Source of the DNA: Octopus sinensis
Taxonomy: Eukaryota
Reading direction: 5' to 3'
NCBI RefSeq assembly: GCF_006345805.1
Contig: NC_043003.1
Span: 98,518,001 to 98,582,000 of the forward strand
DNA length: 64,000 nucleotides
Positions 49,931 through 63,345 of the stretch are shown here, piece after piece. Both the position numbers and the translations under genes were made by a program. The notes under the pieces were generated by a model. The model was not told the origin of the DNA, ran no database searches, and was given only the letters and a program-made list of their open reading frames with translations. Within the stretch, counting starts at the first letter, position 1, and each line of letters begins with the position of its first letter.

Positions 49931-50431
49931 AATACAATATAATTCACCTTTCGGCCGAGAATACTTTCGGCTACTATTCTTATGATGAAGTATTCGTATA
50001 ATTTGATGGCAAGCAACTAAAATTTATTGCGGTAATTATGATTCTTAGCAGGAGAGTTTTAGTGTTACGGAATTATAGCCGACTCAAGTGGAACAGAGCG
50101 ACTGCCATGTTACGTCTTAATGCTACTATCAGCAATACTGAAGTGAAATTGGTTTGGTTTGAGGATAGAAACTTCGATGAAGTATATGAATATATAAAGA
50201 CGTACATACATATATACATACGCGCACACAAACATACACACAGAGATATGGACACACACACACATGCATATACATACACATTCATAGACTAGAACATTCA
50301 TCATTCAAACCTATCCCAAGTAAGGCGCCACACGTCATACTATAATAAATACCAGAGTGGACTGTGGAGTGCGTTACTGAGGCCGATTTCGGTTGCATGT
50401 TGCACTTTACAGTGCTTTCCTTTTTGTGGTT

Positions 50432-50830
50432 AGGCGTAGGAGTGACTGTGTGGTAAGTAGCTTGCTTACGAACCACATAAGTCCGGGTTCAGTCCCACTG
50501 CATGGCACCTTGGGCAAGTGTCTTCTACTATAGCCTCGGGCCGACTAAAGCCTTGCGAGTGGATTTGGTGGACGGAAACTGGAAAAAGCCCGTTGTATAT
50601 ATGTATATATATGTGCGTGTTTGTGTGTTTATGTTTGTCCCCAACAACATCGTTTGATAACTGATGCTGGTGTGTTTACGTCCTCGTAACCTAGCAGTTC
50701 GGCAAAAGAGACCGATAGAATAAGTACTGGGCTTACAAAAAATAAGTCCTGGGGTCGATGTGTTCAACTAAAGGTGGTACTCCAGCATGGCCACAGTCAA
50801 ATGACTGAAACAAGTAAAAGAGTAAAAGAG
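50432..50830 (+). mobile_element. SINE family A, full length
   Basis: Same organisation as 48389-48800. Confidence 0.92.
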
Positions 50831-51292
50831 AGTATGTGTGCGCGCGCGGACGTGTGTGTGTGAACTTGACTGTTCACTCCCACACGCTGTTGTAAGTTTC
50901 CGCTCGTTGAAGGAAATTTAAAGGTACATGCGCCAGGCTGTTATTTATATAAATTTACTGCAAATGTGGGTGATGGAATTATACAATTAAAGTGGGGAAA
51001 TGTTATACATTAACAGAAACACAATTACTCAGAAATAATCAAATATACATAATATTAATTAAAACAAGATATAATTAAGCATGAAATAAATAATGGAAAA
51101 CATTTTGGATTTTCGCCCACATGTCGGGTAGAATCCACCGAGTGGGATGGGTTAGAACACATCACGCCACTATAACCCGTCATTGCTCGCACTGCAACCT
51201 TCTTCAGCTGAAGGCACCCGTTGATATTTCTGAAAGGATTGGTGCAGCTAAAAACCCTCGTCTTCAGGATGCATCTGTTTCAGCTTATTGTA

Positions 51293-51681
51293 GTAGTAGG
51301 AGCACTCCGTCGGTTGCGACGATGAGGGTCCCAGCTGATACGATCAACAGAACAGCTTGCTCGTGATATTAACGTGCAAGTGGCTGAGCACTCCACAGAC
51401 ACATGTACCCTTAACGTAGTTCTCGAGGAGATTCAGCGTGACACACAGAATGTGACAATGCTGGCCCTTTGAAATACAGGTACAAGAGAAACAGGAAGAA
51501 AGAGTGAGAGAAAGTTGTGGTGAAAGAGTACAGTATGGTTCACCACCAGCCCCTGCTGGAGCCTCGTGGAGCTTTAGGCGTTTTCGCTCAATAAACACTC
51601 ACAATGCCCGGTCTGGGAATCGAAACCGCGATCCTCCGACCGCGAGTCCGCTGCCCTAACCACTGGGCCATTGCGCCTCCA
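51293..51681 (-). mobile_element. SINE family C, full length with target-site duplication
   Basis: 14 bp direct repeat ttcagcttattgta at 51279-51292 and 51682-51695. tRNA-like head and short (CTA)n tail. Confidence 0.93.
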
Positions 51682-51724
51682 TTCAGCTTATTGTAATATC
51701 TTGTTCGTGGTTTTTCAAGCAAAA

Positions 51725-52310
51725 TGGGTCGAAATAGCAAAATCGTTAGCCTGCAGGACAAAATGCTTAGCGGCATTTCGTCTGTCTTAACGTTCTAAGT
51801 TCAAGTTTCGTCGAGGTCGACTTTGCATTCATCCTTCTGGGGTTGAAAAAATAAGTACCAGTTAACCTCTGAGGTCATTGTAATCGACTTACCTCCTTCC
51901 CAACAATTTCAGGCCCTGAATTATCATAATTATTAAGGTGGGGAGCTGGCAGAACCGTTAGCACGCTGGCCAGACCACATAACAGCATTTCGTCTGTCTT
52001 TAAGCTCTGAGTTCAAATTCCGCGGTAGACTTTGTCTTTTATGGTTTGGGGTCGTTAAAGTAAATATCAGTAGAGTACGGGGTCGATGTAATCGGCTCAA
52101 TCTCTAATTCAAAATTTCAGAATTGTGCCTTTTATTAGAAATTATTATTTTACTAGCAAAATGGTTCGAACTGACAGAATCGGTACTGCACCGCCGTACA
52201 CAGTGTATGGTGGCATGTCTTCTCGTTATTTACGTTTTGAATTCAAATTGCACTGAGGTCGATTTCCTTTTCATTCTTTCGAGGTCGATAAAATAAGTAG
52301 CAGTTGAACA
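51725..52310 (+). mobile_element. Three consecutive diverged SINE family B copies
   Basis: Heads and Deu/Nin-type cores at about 51725-51920, 51935-52142 and 52161-52310. Confidence 0.75.
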
Positions 52311-52312
52311 AT

Positions 52313-52640
52313 AGGCGCAGGAGTGGCTGTGTGGTAAGTAGCTTGTTTACCAACCACATGGTTCCGGGTTCAGTCCCACTGCGTGGCACCTTGGGCAAGT
52401 GTCTTCTACTATAGCCTCGGGCTGACCGAAGCCTTGTGAGTGGATTTGGTAGATGGAAACTGAAAGAAGCCCGTCGTATATATGTATATATATATAATAT
52501 ATATATATATGCGTATGTGTGTTTGTGTGTCTGTGTTTGTCCCCCTAGCATTTGTTTGACAACCGATGCTGGTGTGTTTATGTCCCCGTTATTTAGCGGT
52601 TCGGCAAAAGAAATTACTGGGCTTACAAAAGAATAAGTCC
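52313..52640 (+). mobile_element. SINE family A, 3'-truncated
   Basis: Intact head aggcgcaggagtggctgtgtgg; stops at ataagtccc. Confidence 0.9.
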
Positions 52641-52960
52641 CGCAGAATTTGCAGCTATCACTTGCTTTGGAAACACCTCGTCAACCATGTCTCCAGTATT
52701 GTCAACGCCAGCCCCACCAGGAGCGGAGCATCGGTTTTATGATCAGCTCCTGTGACCGAAAAGGCAGTAAATGTGGGTTTGCCAGGCTTTGCCTGAGTTG
52801 CTATTAGAATAGCGGTCTTCCGTTCTTGCCGCATTTTTTAATATATTAAACTTCGTGCGAGATTCGAGTTTCACGCGATTGCGATCTTCAGGCGAAACTT
52901 GTTTCACCTGAAAATAACCGTGGCCTGATACACGTCATTGGCAAACGCTCAGCTTCAGTT

Positions 52961-52991
<31 letters not shown>

Positions 52992-52994
52992 ATA

Positions 52995-53745
52995 TTGTGT
53001 CATCCCATAAGTAATGCGGTTTTTTAATACTTCGTTTATTTTTCAAATTTACGATAAACAAATCTCTATTTTAATCTAAAATATACTATCCTTCCTTTCC
53101 TACAATGCTCTTCCATCTATTTGGTAGATTTGCAAGGTCCGTCTTCTAAAATTCACTTGTCCGTGACGAGAAATATTCTTCCAGTACTATTCTGACCTTG
53201 TCTACAGAATTCATCTTTTTCCGTCCAAATGAGTGTTTGAAGACTGCCGAATAAATGATAATCAGATGAGGCGTCCGGCGAATATGGTTGGGTGGAGCAT
53301 TGTTTCACATTCAAACTGCTCCAGCCTTTGGAATGTCATCCTCGCTGTATGTGTTCGAGCATTATCCTGATGCAAGAAGACCTTTCGTCTTGAAACGAAA
53401 AGTAGTCGTTTTTCTCCTAGCGCTGATTTAAGCTGCCGAAGCTGCTTGCAGTAGATCTTTGTTAACGTTTTGTTTGGGTTTATAAGTTCAAAGTAGACTA
53501 ACCTTTCATATCCCAGCATACAGATAACAACACCTTACGTGGGTGAAAATCTTTATCCTGGAGTGCCGGTGTTTCTCCTTTCCATACCCGCTGTCTTCGG
53601 CGCTTGACATTTTTATAGACAACTCTTTCATCGTCACCAGTCACTACTTGGTCGAAAAAGATTTTATTCGTGAGACGTGATTACAAAGAAGAGCACACAT
53701 TCACTCTCTGCGTGCAATTAGACTCGGGACTCGGGAAGTTTGTGA
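52995..53745 (-). mobile_element. 5'-truncated decayed mariner
   Basis: One TIR, TTGTGTCATCCCATAAGTAATGCGGTTTT, next to (TA)n. Motifs VVTGDDE, FHPRKVLLSVCWDMKG, HQDNARTH, and a frameshifted HP.YSPD..SSDYHLF. Confidence 0.9.
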
Positions 53746-53756
53746 GGCATATATAT

Positions 53757-54081
53757 ACTCTTTTACTTGTTTCAGTCATTTGACTGCTGCCACGCTGGAG
53801 CACCACCTTTAGTGACGGGGACGTAAACACACCAGCATCGGTTGTCAAGCAATGCTAGGGGGACAAACACAGACACACAAACATATACACACACATACAT
53901 ATTTATATACATATATACGACAGGCTTCTTTCAGTTTCCGTCTACCAAATCCACTCACAAGGCATTGGTCGGCCCGAGGCTATAGTAGAAGACACTTGCC
54001 CAAGTTTCCACGCAGTGGGACTGAACCCGGAACCGTGTGGTTGGTAAGCAAGCTACTTACCACACAGCCACTCCTGCGCCT
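53757..54081 (-). mobile_element. SINE family A with an internal deletion in the tail
   Basis: Intact head; tail jumps from cacctttagt to gacggggacgtaaac. Confidence 0.9.
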
Positions 54082-54142
54082 ATAAATATGTATGTATGTA
54101 TGTATGTATGCATGTATGTATGTATGTATGTACGTATGTATG

Positions 54143-54178
<36 letters not shown>

Positions 54179-54298
54179 TAAATGAAATAAAACATGCATA
54201 TATATAAACATATATATATATATATATGAATGTATGTAGTTATGTATGTATGTATGTATGTATGTATGTATGTATGTATGTATATGTATGTATGTATG

Positions 54299-54330
<32 letters not shown>

Positions 54331-54359
54331 CGTCTGTCTGTTCTGTCTGTCTGTCTCTC

Positions 54360-54425
<66 letters not shown>

Positions 54426-54474
54426 AACATATATATATAGATTCGTGTATACGCGTCTGCAAGTGTGAGTGTTA

Positions 54475-54640
54475 GTCACTACAACTGCTTGGCAAACGCT
54501 GTTGGTTTGTTTACATTTTTTCGGCAAATATTCTGATCGACAAAGTATAATAAAGTACTGTAGCGATTTGCTCAAGTAAAACGATTCAAGGTGGTGCCCC
54601 AGCATAGATGCAGTGAAATAAGTGAAACACGTAAATGGTA
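54475..54640 (+). mobile_element. Highly diverged SINE family A tail
   Basis: ggtttgtttaca..aaggtggtgccccagcat..gcagtgaaataagtgaaac. Confidence 0.5.
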
Positions 54641-54813
54641 ACAGAACCATACGCATGGAGGCAAATGCACGTGCTCTCACGTACACACACACACACATAC
54701 ACACACACACACACAAACACACACACATATACAAGCGCGCATAATTGGTGATAAATATGACATCAACATCTATGTATGTATATATATACTTATACATATA
54801 TATATGCATATAG

Positions 54814-54846
<33 letters not shown>

Positions 54847-55430
54847 TATACATACATACATACATATATACATGCCTCAAACAACTAAAACAAAATGAAA
54901 AGCCAACAAAAACGGACCTAAGCAAGTATTCTCCACATACTCATACACACTTAGAAATAATCATGCACACACACACAGACACAGGAACACAGAGACACCC
55001 GCGTACGCCGCGAACGGACGCTCATATCGGCACATCTGACAAACACACTGACACAGTCACAAAACCCACAAATATACGAACTCGCAGACATACAGTCAAA
55101 TGCAAGTGCAACGCCCTTATACAGCAAAAAGTACGGGGAAACCGAAATATATATATTAGCCTTCAGCAATGCCGATTGCTTTTGTTTTTCTTGCAACCAA
55201 TTTTCTATGACTCTCATTCTTGTACTATTGTTGTTGAAAAAAGGCTGGGGAAAAAGCAAAAATATTTTTAAAAAAGAATTTAAAAAAATAACAATAAAAT
55301 AAATAAAACATCTAATGCAAATGTAAACAACATATATGTATATGTATAATATATATTATATATATATACATATATATATATATGTATGTGTATATATATA
55401 TGTCTCTCTCTTTTCATATGTCTGTGTGTG

Positions 55431-55473
<43 letters not shown>

Positions 55474-55615
55474 ATAAGTATGTATATTACCACACGACCA
55501 TACATACTTATATGTGAATCGTGTGTGGCCTTTTTATGTATTTACACGCGAGTATGGGTATATACTTATGAGTGTGTATATGTATATAGGTATATATGAG
55601 TGTGTTTTTCTTATG

Positions 55616-55700
<85 letters not shown>

Positions 55701-55734
55701 TATTTATATGTGTATGTCTTTGTTCTTTTATTCT

Positions 55735-55930
55735 TTTATTCTTTTATTTGTTTCAGTCTTTGACCACGGCCATGTTGGAGCACCGCCTTTAGTCGAATAA
55801 ATTGACCCCAAGACTTATTCTTTGTAAGCCTACTATTTATCCTATCGGTCTTTTGCCGAAGCGCTAAGTTACGGGGACGAAAACACACCAGCATCAGTTG
55901 TCAAAGAATGGGTGGGTGACAGACACAAAC
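55735..55930 (-). mobile_element. SINE family A, 3' half
   Basis: ttgtttcagtctttgaccacggccatgttggagcaccgcctttagtcg tail. Confidence 0.85.
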
Positions 55931-55998
55931 ATACACACACACATACAGAAACACACACACACACATACAGAAACACACACACACACACACACACACAT

Positions 55999-56041
<43 letters not shown>

Positions 56042-56043
<2 letters not shown>

Positions 56044-56657
56044 ATCATATCAAAGGGAAATGGAAATTAATTAAAATTTTCATTTCCAGTGGCCTAACGT
56101 GTAAAAATTTAGTCCCAAAAGACTATATATTAATCATAACATAGTGTACATTTAAACACATAAGGAATCCACTCGTGGGAATCAACACGCTAGAAAGAAC
56201 AGCTAGGTTATATAACCACAAAAATTAGGGATAAAATTCGACAGGAACGAAATGAAAAAATAAAAACATTTTACCATCAGGTTTTCTGGACCAATTGGTT
56301 TCTGATTTTAGTTTAGCAAGTACATAACATTTACTCGCGAGGTGAAATCGTCTTCAACAGGTACACCTTGGGTTAAATATATAAACACGAGGCGATCAAA
56401 CTATGTGCCTCTTGTTTATACATCCTAATTTTTTCAAAATCTACTGCGCAGACGCAGCCCTTCGCCAGCAATAAAAAATGCCAACTTTTAAAGACCGAAA
56501 TTTATCCAAGACTTACAATACTTAATCATATCAAAGGGAAATGGAAATTAATTAAAACCTTCATTTCCAGTGGCCTAACGTGTAAAAATTTAGTTCAAGG
56601 ACTATGTATTAGTCATAACATATAGTGTACATTTAAACACAAGGAATCCACTTGTGG
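56042..56657 (+). repeat. ~135 bp direct repeats, 481 bp period
   Basis: 56042-56178 and 56523-56657 are near-identical (taatcatatcaaagggaaatggaaatt..ggaatccact.gtgg). Confidence 0.85.
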
Positions 56658-56782
56658 CTATACATATACATATGTATGTATGTATGTATGTATGGCGAGG
56701 GATATTACGCCCCTTTATTAGACTATTTTCCTTAGTCATTGCACGATGCTCGATATAAGCTTTAAGCTTATACAAAAATACC

Positions 56783-56826
<44 letters not shown>

Positions 56827-57351
56827 GTATTTTTGTATCTTTTACATATGTATAAATATACATAATCCAAATAATAAGAAAAGAAATACTTTAATACATC
56901 TTTAGTGATCAGTTACAATTGTTTCTGTACCAATTCTGCTTTCAACGTCATTTTATGTAAAAGTTCGAAGTGATCTGCCTCAGACTTGCATCAAATGTGC
57001 GCTCTTGAATTGTGCCATATGTAAATATTTTTTTCTTTCTAACCAAGAATTCAGAACGACCTCGAACTCACAAGAGTAAACAAGAGAGACAGAGACAGGC
57101 AGAAACAAGGAAAATGCCTCTTGTATTTGAATGCTATGCAAATATTCTTTTAAAACTTTTCTTTTAACTTTTACAAAATTTAATTGTTTTCCATACTTAC
57201 AGTTGAAAAGGTCTGAATGACTGAAACCGGTGCTGAAATAGTTTTTATAAAATTATTTTAGCATTTTCTACCTTGACTTTTCTCCATATACATACATACA
57301 TACATACATACATACATACATACATACATACATACATACATACACAACACA

Positions 57352-57437
<86 letters not shown>

Positions 57438-58437
57438 GTATAAATTCAAAATAAGCAACAGGATATCCACAGGTAATGCAGTACGATCGTTTCAAACGAC
57501 TCCATTTAATTGAACTATGCAACTATTACATCAATTTAAATGCAGAGCAATCCTCAGCTGTATAAATACATAGAACTAATTAAAACAGATGGACACATTA
57601 GTATAATTTTATGTGAAACCTCCATAAAGATAAGGTGACAGACAAAGAATATATATATATATATATTACTGAAAACATCCTGGTACTTCTTTTCTACTCT
57701 CCAAAGTGAATGTTGCTTTGACCAGGAGGAATTGATGTCATCAGACGGTATCCAAAGATCATCGGATGTTTCGATCTTGAACCTCGACACCCTAACATTC
57801 CGAGGTCAGCAAATCTGACCAATCACAGCCCATCATCTCCCCCTGGGTTCCAGCTTAACTCCTCTCACTTCTAAGATATAATATACCTATGTATGTATGT
57901 ATGTATGTATGCATGTATGTATGTATGTATGTATGTATGTATGTATGTATGTATGTATGTATGTATGTATGTGTGTGTATGAGTGTTCAATCATGTTTTA
58001 TGCCAGACACTATCATATGGGACGTGTATTTTCTCCAACAAAAATTCTACAACACAGACGCACGCGCGCGCGCACACACACACACCGCAGTCTCCTCATA
58101 CCTCAACTCTCGTTGTTAGTTAACAGTTCTACACTATACCATTACCTCCCTCCTTCTCAAGCCCCCGCAGTTTCTCCTTCCCCCTCCTTTCCTTTGTTAG
58201 CCTTCACCGTTTTCTTTTTATTACCACATCTTTTATATGTTAAATCACACTCCTGGATCAAAAATATATATGTTGTGCTACCACCTGATTCTTATAGTCC
58301 TTGGTGTTTTTTGTTGTTGGGGGCCGGTGGCCGTCGTTAGCGTCCTGTAAGTTCAGCCATGATGAAAGGAAGGTTAACAGCAGGGCTTTCTCTATGCCTT
58401 TGTAAATCTCGATTAGGAAACGTTCAAAACACACACA

Positions 58438-58499
<62 letters not shown>

Positions 58500-59280
58500 G
58501 ATACTCACACATTCGCACACAGAAAAATACGGGACCACACAAGCACACATACACACACACAAAGATACCAACGCATACGCACAAACACACATACACACGG
58601 AAAGGTAGACACACAAACACACAGAAAGATACGGGCACACACACACGCACACACACACACATGCACACACACACACAAAGGTACGAATATGCACACACAG
58701 AAAGATATGGGTTCACACACACACACAATCACACATATACATACATGGAAACACAGTTACACACACACAAGCACATGCTCACACAAACACACACATTCTC
58801 TTTCATTTTCTCTTTCTCCCTCACACACATTCATACATACACACACAAATACAGACGCACTCACACTTCCTCTCTTTGTCTCTCTCTCTCTCTCTCTCTC
58901 ACTTCTCTCTCATATTCACACATAACATCACACAAACGCAACACGAGAAGCATAAACACAGACGCATGCACATGCAAAGAGACACGCACACAAACCATAT
59001 GAATTCAAGCACAGACACACATGCAACAACTCACGCAACCACACACACACACACATACACACTTATAAACACATACATACACCGTCACGTGTGTAGTCTT
59101 GGTAACATGATCCAATCAGACGTAAATCGTAATATGCAACCTTCGGGTAATTGAGGAATAAATAGGTGAATATGTGCAATTTTATTTTATATATGAGTAT
59201 TTGAGATTGGCTCGAATGCGGAAGAATTAATTAAATGAGCTAAAAAAACAAAATAAAAAGAACATTAATTTCCAATTATA

Positions 59281-59945
59281 CATGTATGTATGTATGTATG
59301 TATGTATGTATGTATGTATGTATGTATGTATGTATGTATGTATGTACGTATGTATGTATGTATGCATGCATGTATTATGTATGTATGTATGTATGTATGT
59401 ATTATGTATGTATGTATGTATGTATGTATGTATGCATGCATGTATTATGTATGTATGTATGTATGTATGTATTATGTATGTATGTATGTATGTATGTATG
59501 TATGTATGTATGTATGTATGTATGTATGTATTATGTATGTATGTATGTATGTATGTACGTATGTATGTATGTATGCATGCATGTATGTATGTATGTATGT
59601 ATGTATGTATGTATGTATGCATGCATGCATGTATGTATGTATGTATGTATGCATGCATGTATGTATGTATGTATGTATTATGTATGTATGTATGTATGTA
59701 TGTATATATGTATGTGTGTATGTATGTATGTATGTATGTATGTATTATGTATGTATGTATGTATGTATGTACGTATGTATGTATGTATGCATGCATGTAT
59801 GTATGTATGTATGTATGTATGTATGTATGTATGCATGCATGCATGTATGTATGTATGTATGTATGCATGCATGTATGTATGTATGTATGTATTATGTATG
59901 TATGTATGTATGTATGTATATATGTATGTGTGTATGTATGTATAT
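59281..59945. repeat. (TATG)n array with a ~210-215 bp higher-order period
   Basis: Variant gtacgt at about 59346, 59556 and 59771; variant tatatatgtatgtgtg at 59703 and 59917. Confidence 0.9.
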
Positions 59946-59949
59946 ACGT

Positions 59950-60110
59950 GCAGGCGTGGCTGCGTGGTAAGAAGATTGCTTCCTACCCACATGATTCCGG
60001 GTTCAGTCCTACTGCGTGATACCTTGCGGAATTGTCTTCTACTATAGACTCGGGCCGACCAAAGCCTTGTGAGTGGATTTGGTAGACAGAAACTAAAAGA
60101 AGCCCGTCGA

Positions 60111-60184
<74 letters not shown>

Positions 60185-60434
60185 ACAAACACACACACAC
60201 GCATACTTGTATATATTTATGCGAGTGTATCTGCGTTTGTACCTCCACCATCGCTTGACAACCGATGGTGGTGTGTTTATGTTCTCGTAACTTAGCGGCT
60301 CGGCGAAACATACCGATGGAATAAGAACTAGGCTTATAAAGAATAAGTCATGGGCTCGATTACTTCGACTAAAGTCCTTTAAGGCGGTTCTCCAGCATGG
60401 CTGCACTCAAATGATTGAATCAAGTAAAGGAATA
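59950..60434 (+). mobile_element. SINE family A, full length
   Basis: Head, (CA)n spacer and tail present. Confidence 0.88.
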
Positions 60435-60491
<57 letters not shown>

Positions 60492-60754
60492 CATACATAT
60501 ATATATATATATAACTTTTAGAAGGAAAAGGTTGATTGTGATTTTGAAGTTTCGGTTGGCTTGCCTCATCATCAGACAGTCTGATTGTGCCTTTTTCAAA
60601 ATTCCTTCTTTTTTTTGTCATTGGTAAGAACAGATAATAAAACATGATACATATTTAGCAGAAAGAGAAATTACACGAAAAATTTCTTTATCGATAAAAC
60701 ATGCTCGAAAATCAAATGTTTACCTTGGTTCATAACAGAGTGACATTAATTAAT

Positions 60755-61053
60755 CTTTTACCTGTTTCAGTCATCAGCATGCGGCCGAGCTGGGACACCT
60801 CCCTGAATAATTCTAGACGAACAAATCGAACCCAATACTTTTTTTCTTTTTTTTTTTCTTTTGTAAAGCCTGGTAAACATACCAACATCGGTTGTCAGGC
60901 GGTGTTACGAGACAGTCAGAAACACGCTCATACACACACACGCGCACACGCTTGCACATACACACATATATATATTCGACGGGCTTCTTTCAGTTTCCGA
61001 GTTTCCGTCTGCTAAATCCACTCACAAGGCTTTGGTTGCTTCAAGGCTATAGT
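60755..61053 (-). mobile_element. SINE family A, diverged and missing its head
   Basis: Tail motifs plus gacgggcttctttcagtttccg..aaatccactcacaaggctttgg. Confidence 0.75.
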
Positions 61054-61647
61054 GTGAGCCACATGATGTTTAATACACCATTTAACAGTTTTTCCTGTCA
61101 AGGAAAGACTTGTATTTAGCATGAGAAGAAATAACAGATTTATCCACATTTATATGAAAGCCACGTTGCCTGTGAACATGAAGGCTATGCCAAAACAGGA
61201 GCTAGCATCTGATATATGAAACATATTAAGCCAACTACAACTGGACCAACAAAATATAACACAAATTTCCAAGTAGTTCGAATTCATAAGGTCTAGTCAT
61301 ATATACTGGAGACTCAGTTTGTTATACCCTTTCTACACAGAGCTGCAGTCTTGGATTCGAGAACTGATTTTAATGTTCTTATATGTCATCATGATCATAC
61401 TTTCGCTTATTATCGTTGGAATGCAGGTGACACAGCGCCATTAATATCCTCATGTATTCTTGCAGCAGTTGAATAACAGTGGAAGCTTTAACTCGGTAAT
61501 TGTTTTTGGAAAAATCAGATTTTGTGTCCCGTGGTTGGGTAATCGGCGACCAAACCAAACCAAACCAAACCACACGGAATCCTTTCCAATTTATTGATTG
61601 AGAAGAATGTAAGCGGAATCAGCAGAATTATAATTTAATATCTATAG

Positions 61648-62280
61648 CCGTAGGTTTGTGGAAAGAATCTTCCTTCGCAACCACATAGTTCCGGGTTCAG
61701 TCCCACAGCGCGGCACATTGGGCAAGTGTCTCCTATGATAGCCTTGGGCCGACCAAAGCCCTGAGAGTGGATGTAGTAGACGGAAACTGAAATCGGCACG
61801 TCGTATGCATATATATATATTGAGTCTCTTCTCGCGAAAGTATTTGTACTGAAAATCAAGATCGAGTGAGATTTTGCCCTTTTGCTGGTCCCGTAGCTGA
61901 CCAATTTCAAATTCTCTGTCTCTCCGTTCTCCGACCTTCAAGACATTTTCCAAGAGTTACCCATTATTCTCATTTCCATGGCCCCAAGGTTGTATTTTGT
62001 CCGACTGATCGTTCTCGCCCACCTTCACACTCTGTGCCGTTTTGCTTGTTTTGTTTTGTTTGCTCTTCTTCCTAATTCTCCGCAAAAAAAACTTATTTTT
62101 ACGGGCACCGCCAATTGGGAAGCTCTAAGCCTAATCTTTAAAGAAATATTACCAATTGGTCAATAACTGATGAAGAATTGAGGACCTTATATTCATCAAA
62201 CTGTTTTGATCCATACGTGTAACTCCCAATAAATTGGTTGAGCGCTCTTCTTTTGTTTGCCCTCTCACTCGTATATATGA

Positions 62281-62323
<43 letters not shown>

Positions 62324-62565
62324 GTGTGTGTGTTGCCTGCGTTCAAGTCTGTGTTTGCCCCCCACCACCGCTTGACAAACCAGTGATGATGTGTTTATGT
62401 CCCCGTAACGTAGCGGTTCGACCAAAATGAACGATAGAATAAGTGTCTGGCTTGAAAAAAATGCGCTGGGGTCGTTTCGTTCGATTACAAATTCCTCAAG
62501 GCAGTGTCCCAGCATGGCCACAGTCTAATCATTAAAATATGTAAAGAAGAAAAAAAGAAGTAAAA
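61648..62565 (+). mobile_element. SINE family A split by a ~455 bp insert in its internal microsatellite
   Basis: Head at 61648-61803, (TA)n, unrelated insert at about 61820-62275, (TG)n, tail at 62345-62565. Confidence 0.6.
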
Positions 62566-63194
62566 GAATTTATTTAATACTTAAATATTTATATTTTATC
62601 GTTATCAATGGAGTCGTAGGGTCATCGGGAAAGGATATGTTTTCATATTTCCATAGCTGCAGCGTTATTTCTGTCCTACGTATGGCATATTTCATGTATC
62701 TGGGTATCATTAGTGTGGTCGTACTCATGGCTAATTTCTTCCAGGAATTAAGGGGACAAAAATTGTTGTCAAAAGCCATTTCTCAATCAATCCCTGCTAT
62801 TCTTAGACCCTATTTTCTCATTCTACTATTTCTGATTATGCCTTCGTTGATCAGTAATTCATTTAGTCTTAGTTATATGAGAAACCTTTGTAGAAGCGGT
62901 GCAGCAAAAGAATGTAAAGAAATCAGTTATTGATCAACACAGGCATAATCATTTGAGAGAGGAGGGGTTAAGCATAACATGGCTTCGCTAACATAAGGCT
63001 TTTTATATTTTCTAATCTCTTAAGGCGGCGATCTGGCAGAAACGTTAGCGCGATTTATTCTCTTCTTTATTATTATTCTGAAAGATGAATGCAGGTACGT
63101 TATAGGCCTGTAATTTCTCGGTAGTATTAAAACCATTTTGTATTTCTGTGCCAAGTTATTACTTCACCAGCGTCACTGTTTTTATGGAAAGTAA

Positions 63195-63345
63195 TCCCTT
63201 CTACTATAGGCACATGGCCTGAAATTTGTGGGGAGAGGGGGATAGTCGATTACATCGACCCCAGTGTTTCACTGGTACTTGAATTATTGACCACGAAAGG
63301 ATGAAAGGCAAAAATCGACCTCGCCGGTATTTGAACTCAGAATGC
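63195..63345 (-). mobile_element. SINE family B, 3' part
   Basis: gtcgattacatcgaccccagtg..gaaaggatgaaaggcaaaaatcgacctcg core in reverse orientation. Confidence 0.8.

Noticed and set aside
50038-50180. Plus-strand peptide LRNYSRLKWNRATAMLRLNATISNTEVKLVWFEDRNFDE as an exon
   Set aside because: Splice signals are weak and no family is recognised; compatible with chance.
51610-51681. tRNA-like sequences with A and B boxes (also at the heads of SINE A and B)
   Set aside because: No complete cloverleaf or acceptor stem; they continue into SINE bodies and are flanked by TSDs.
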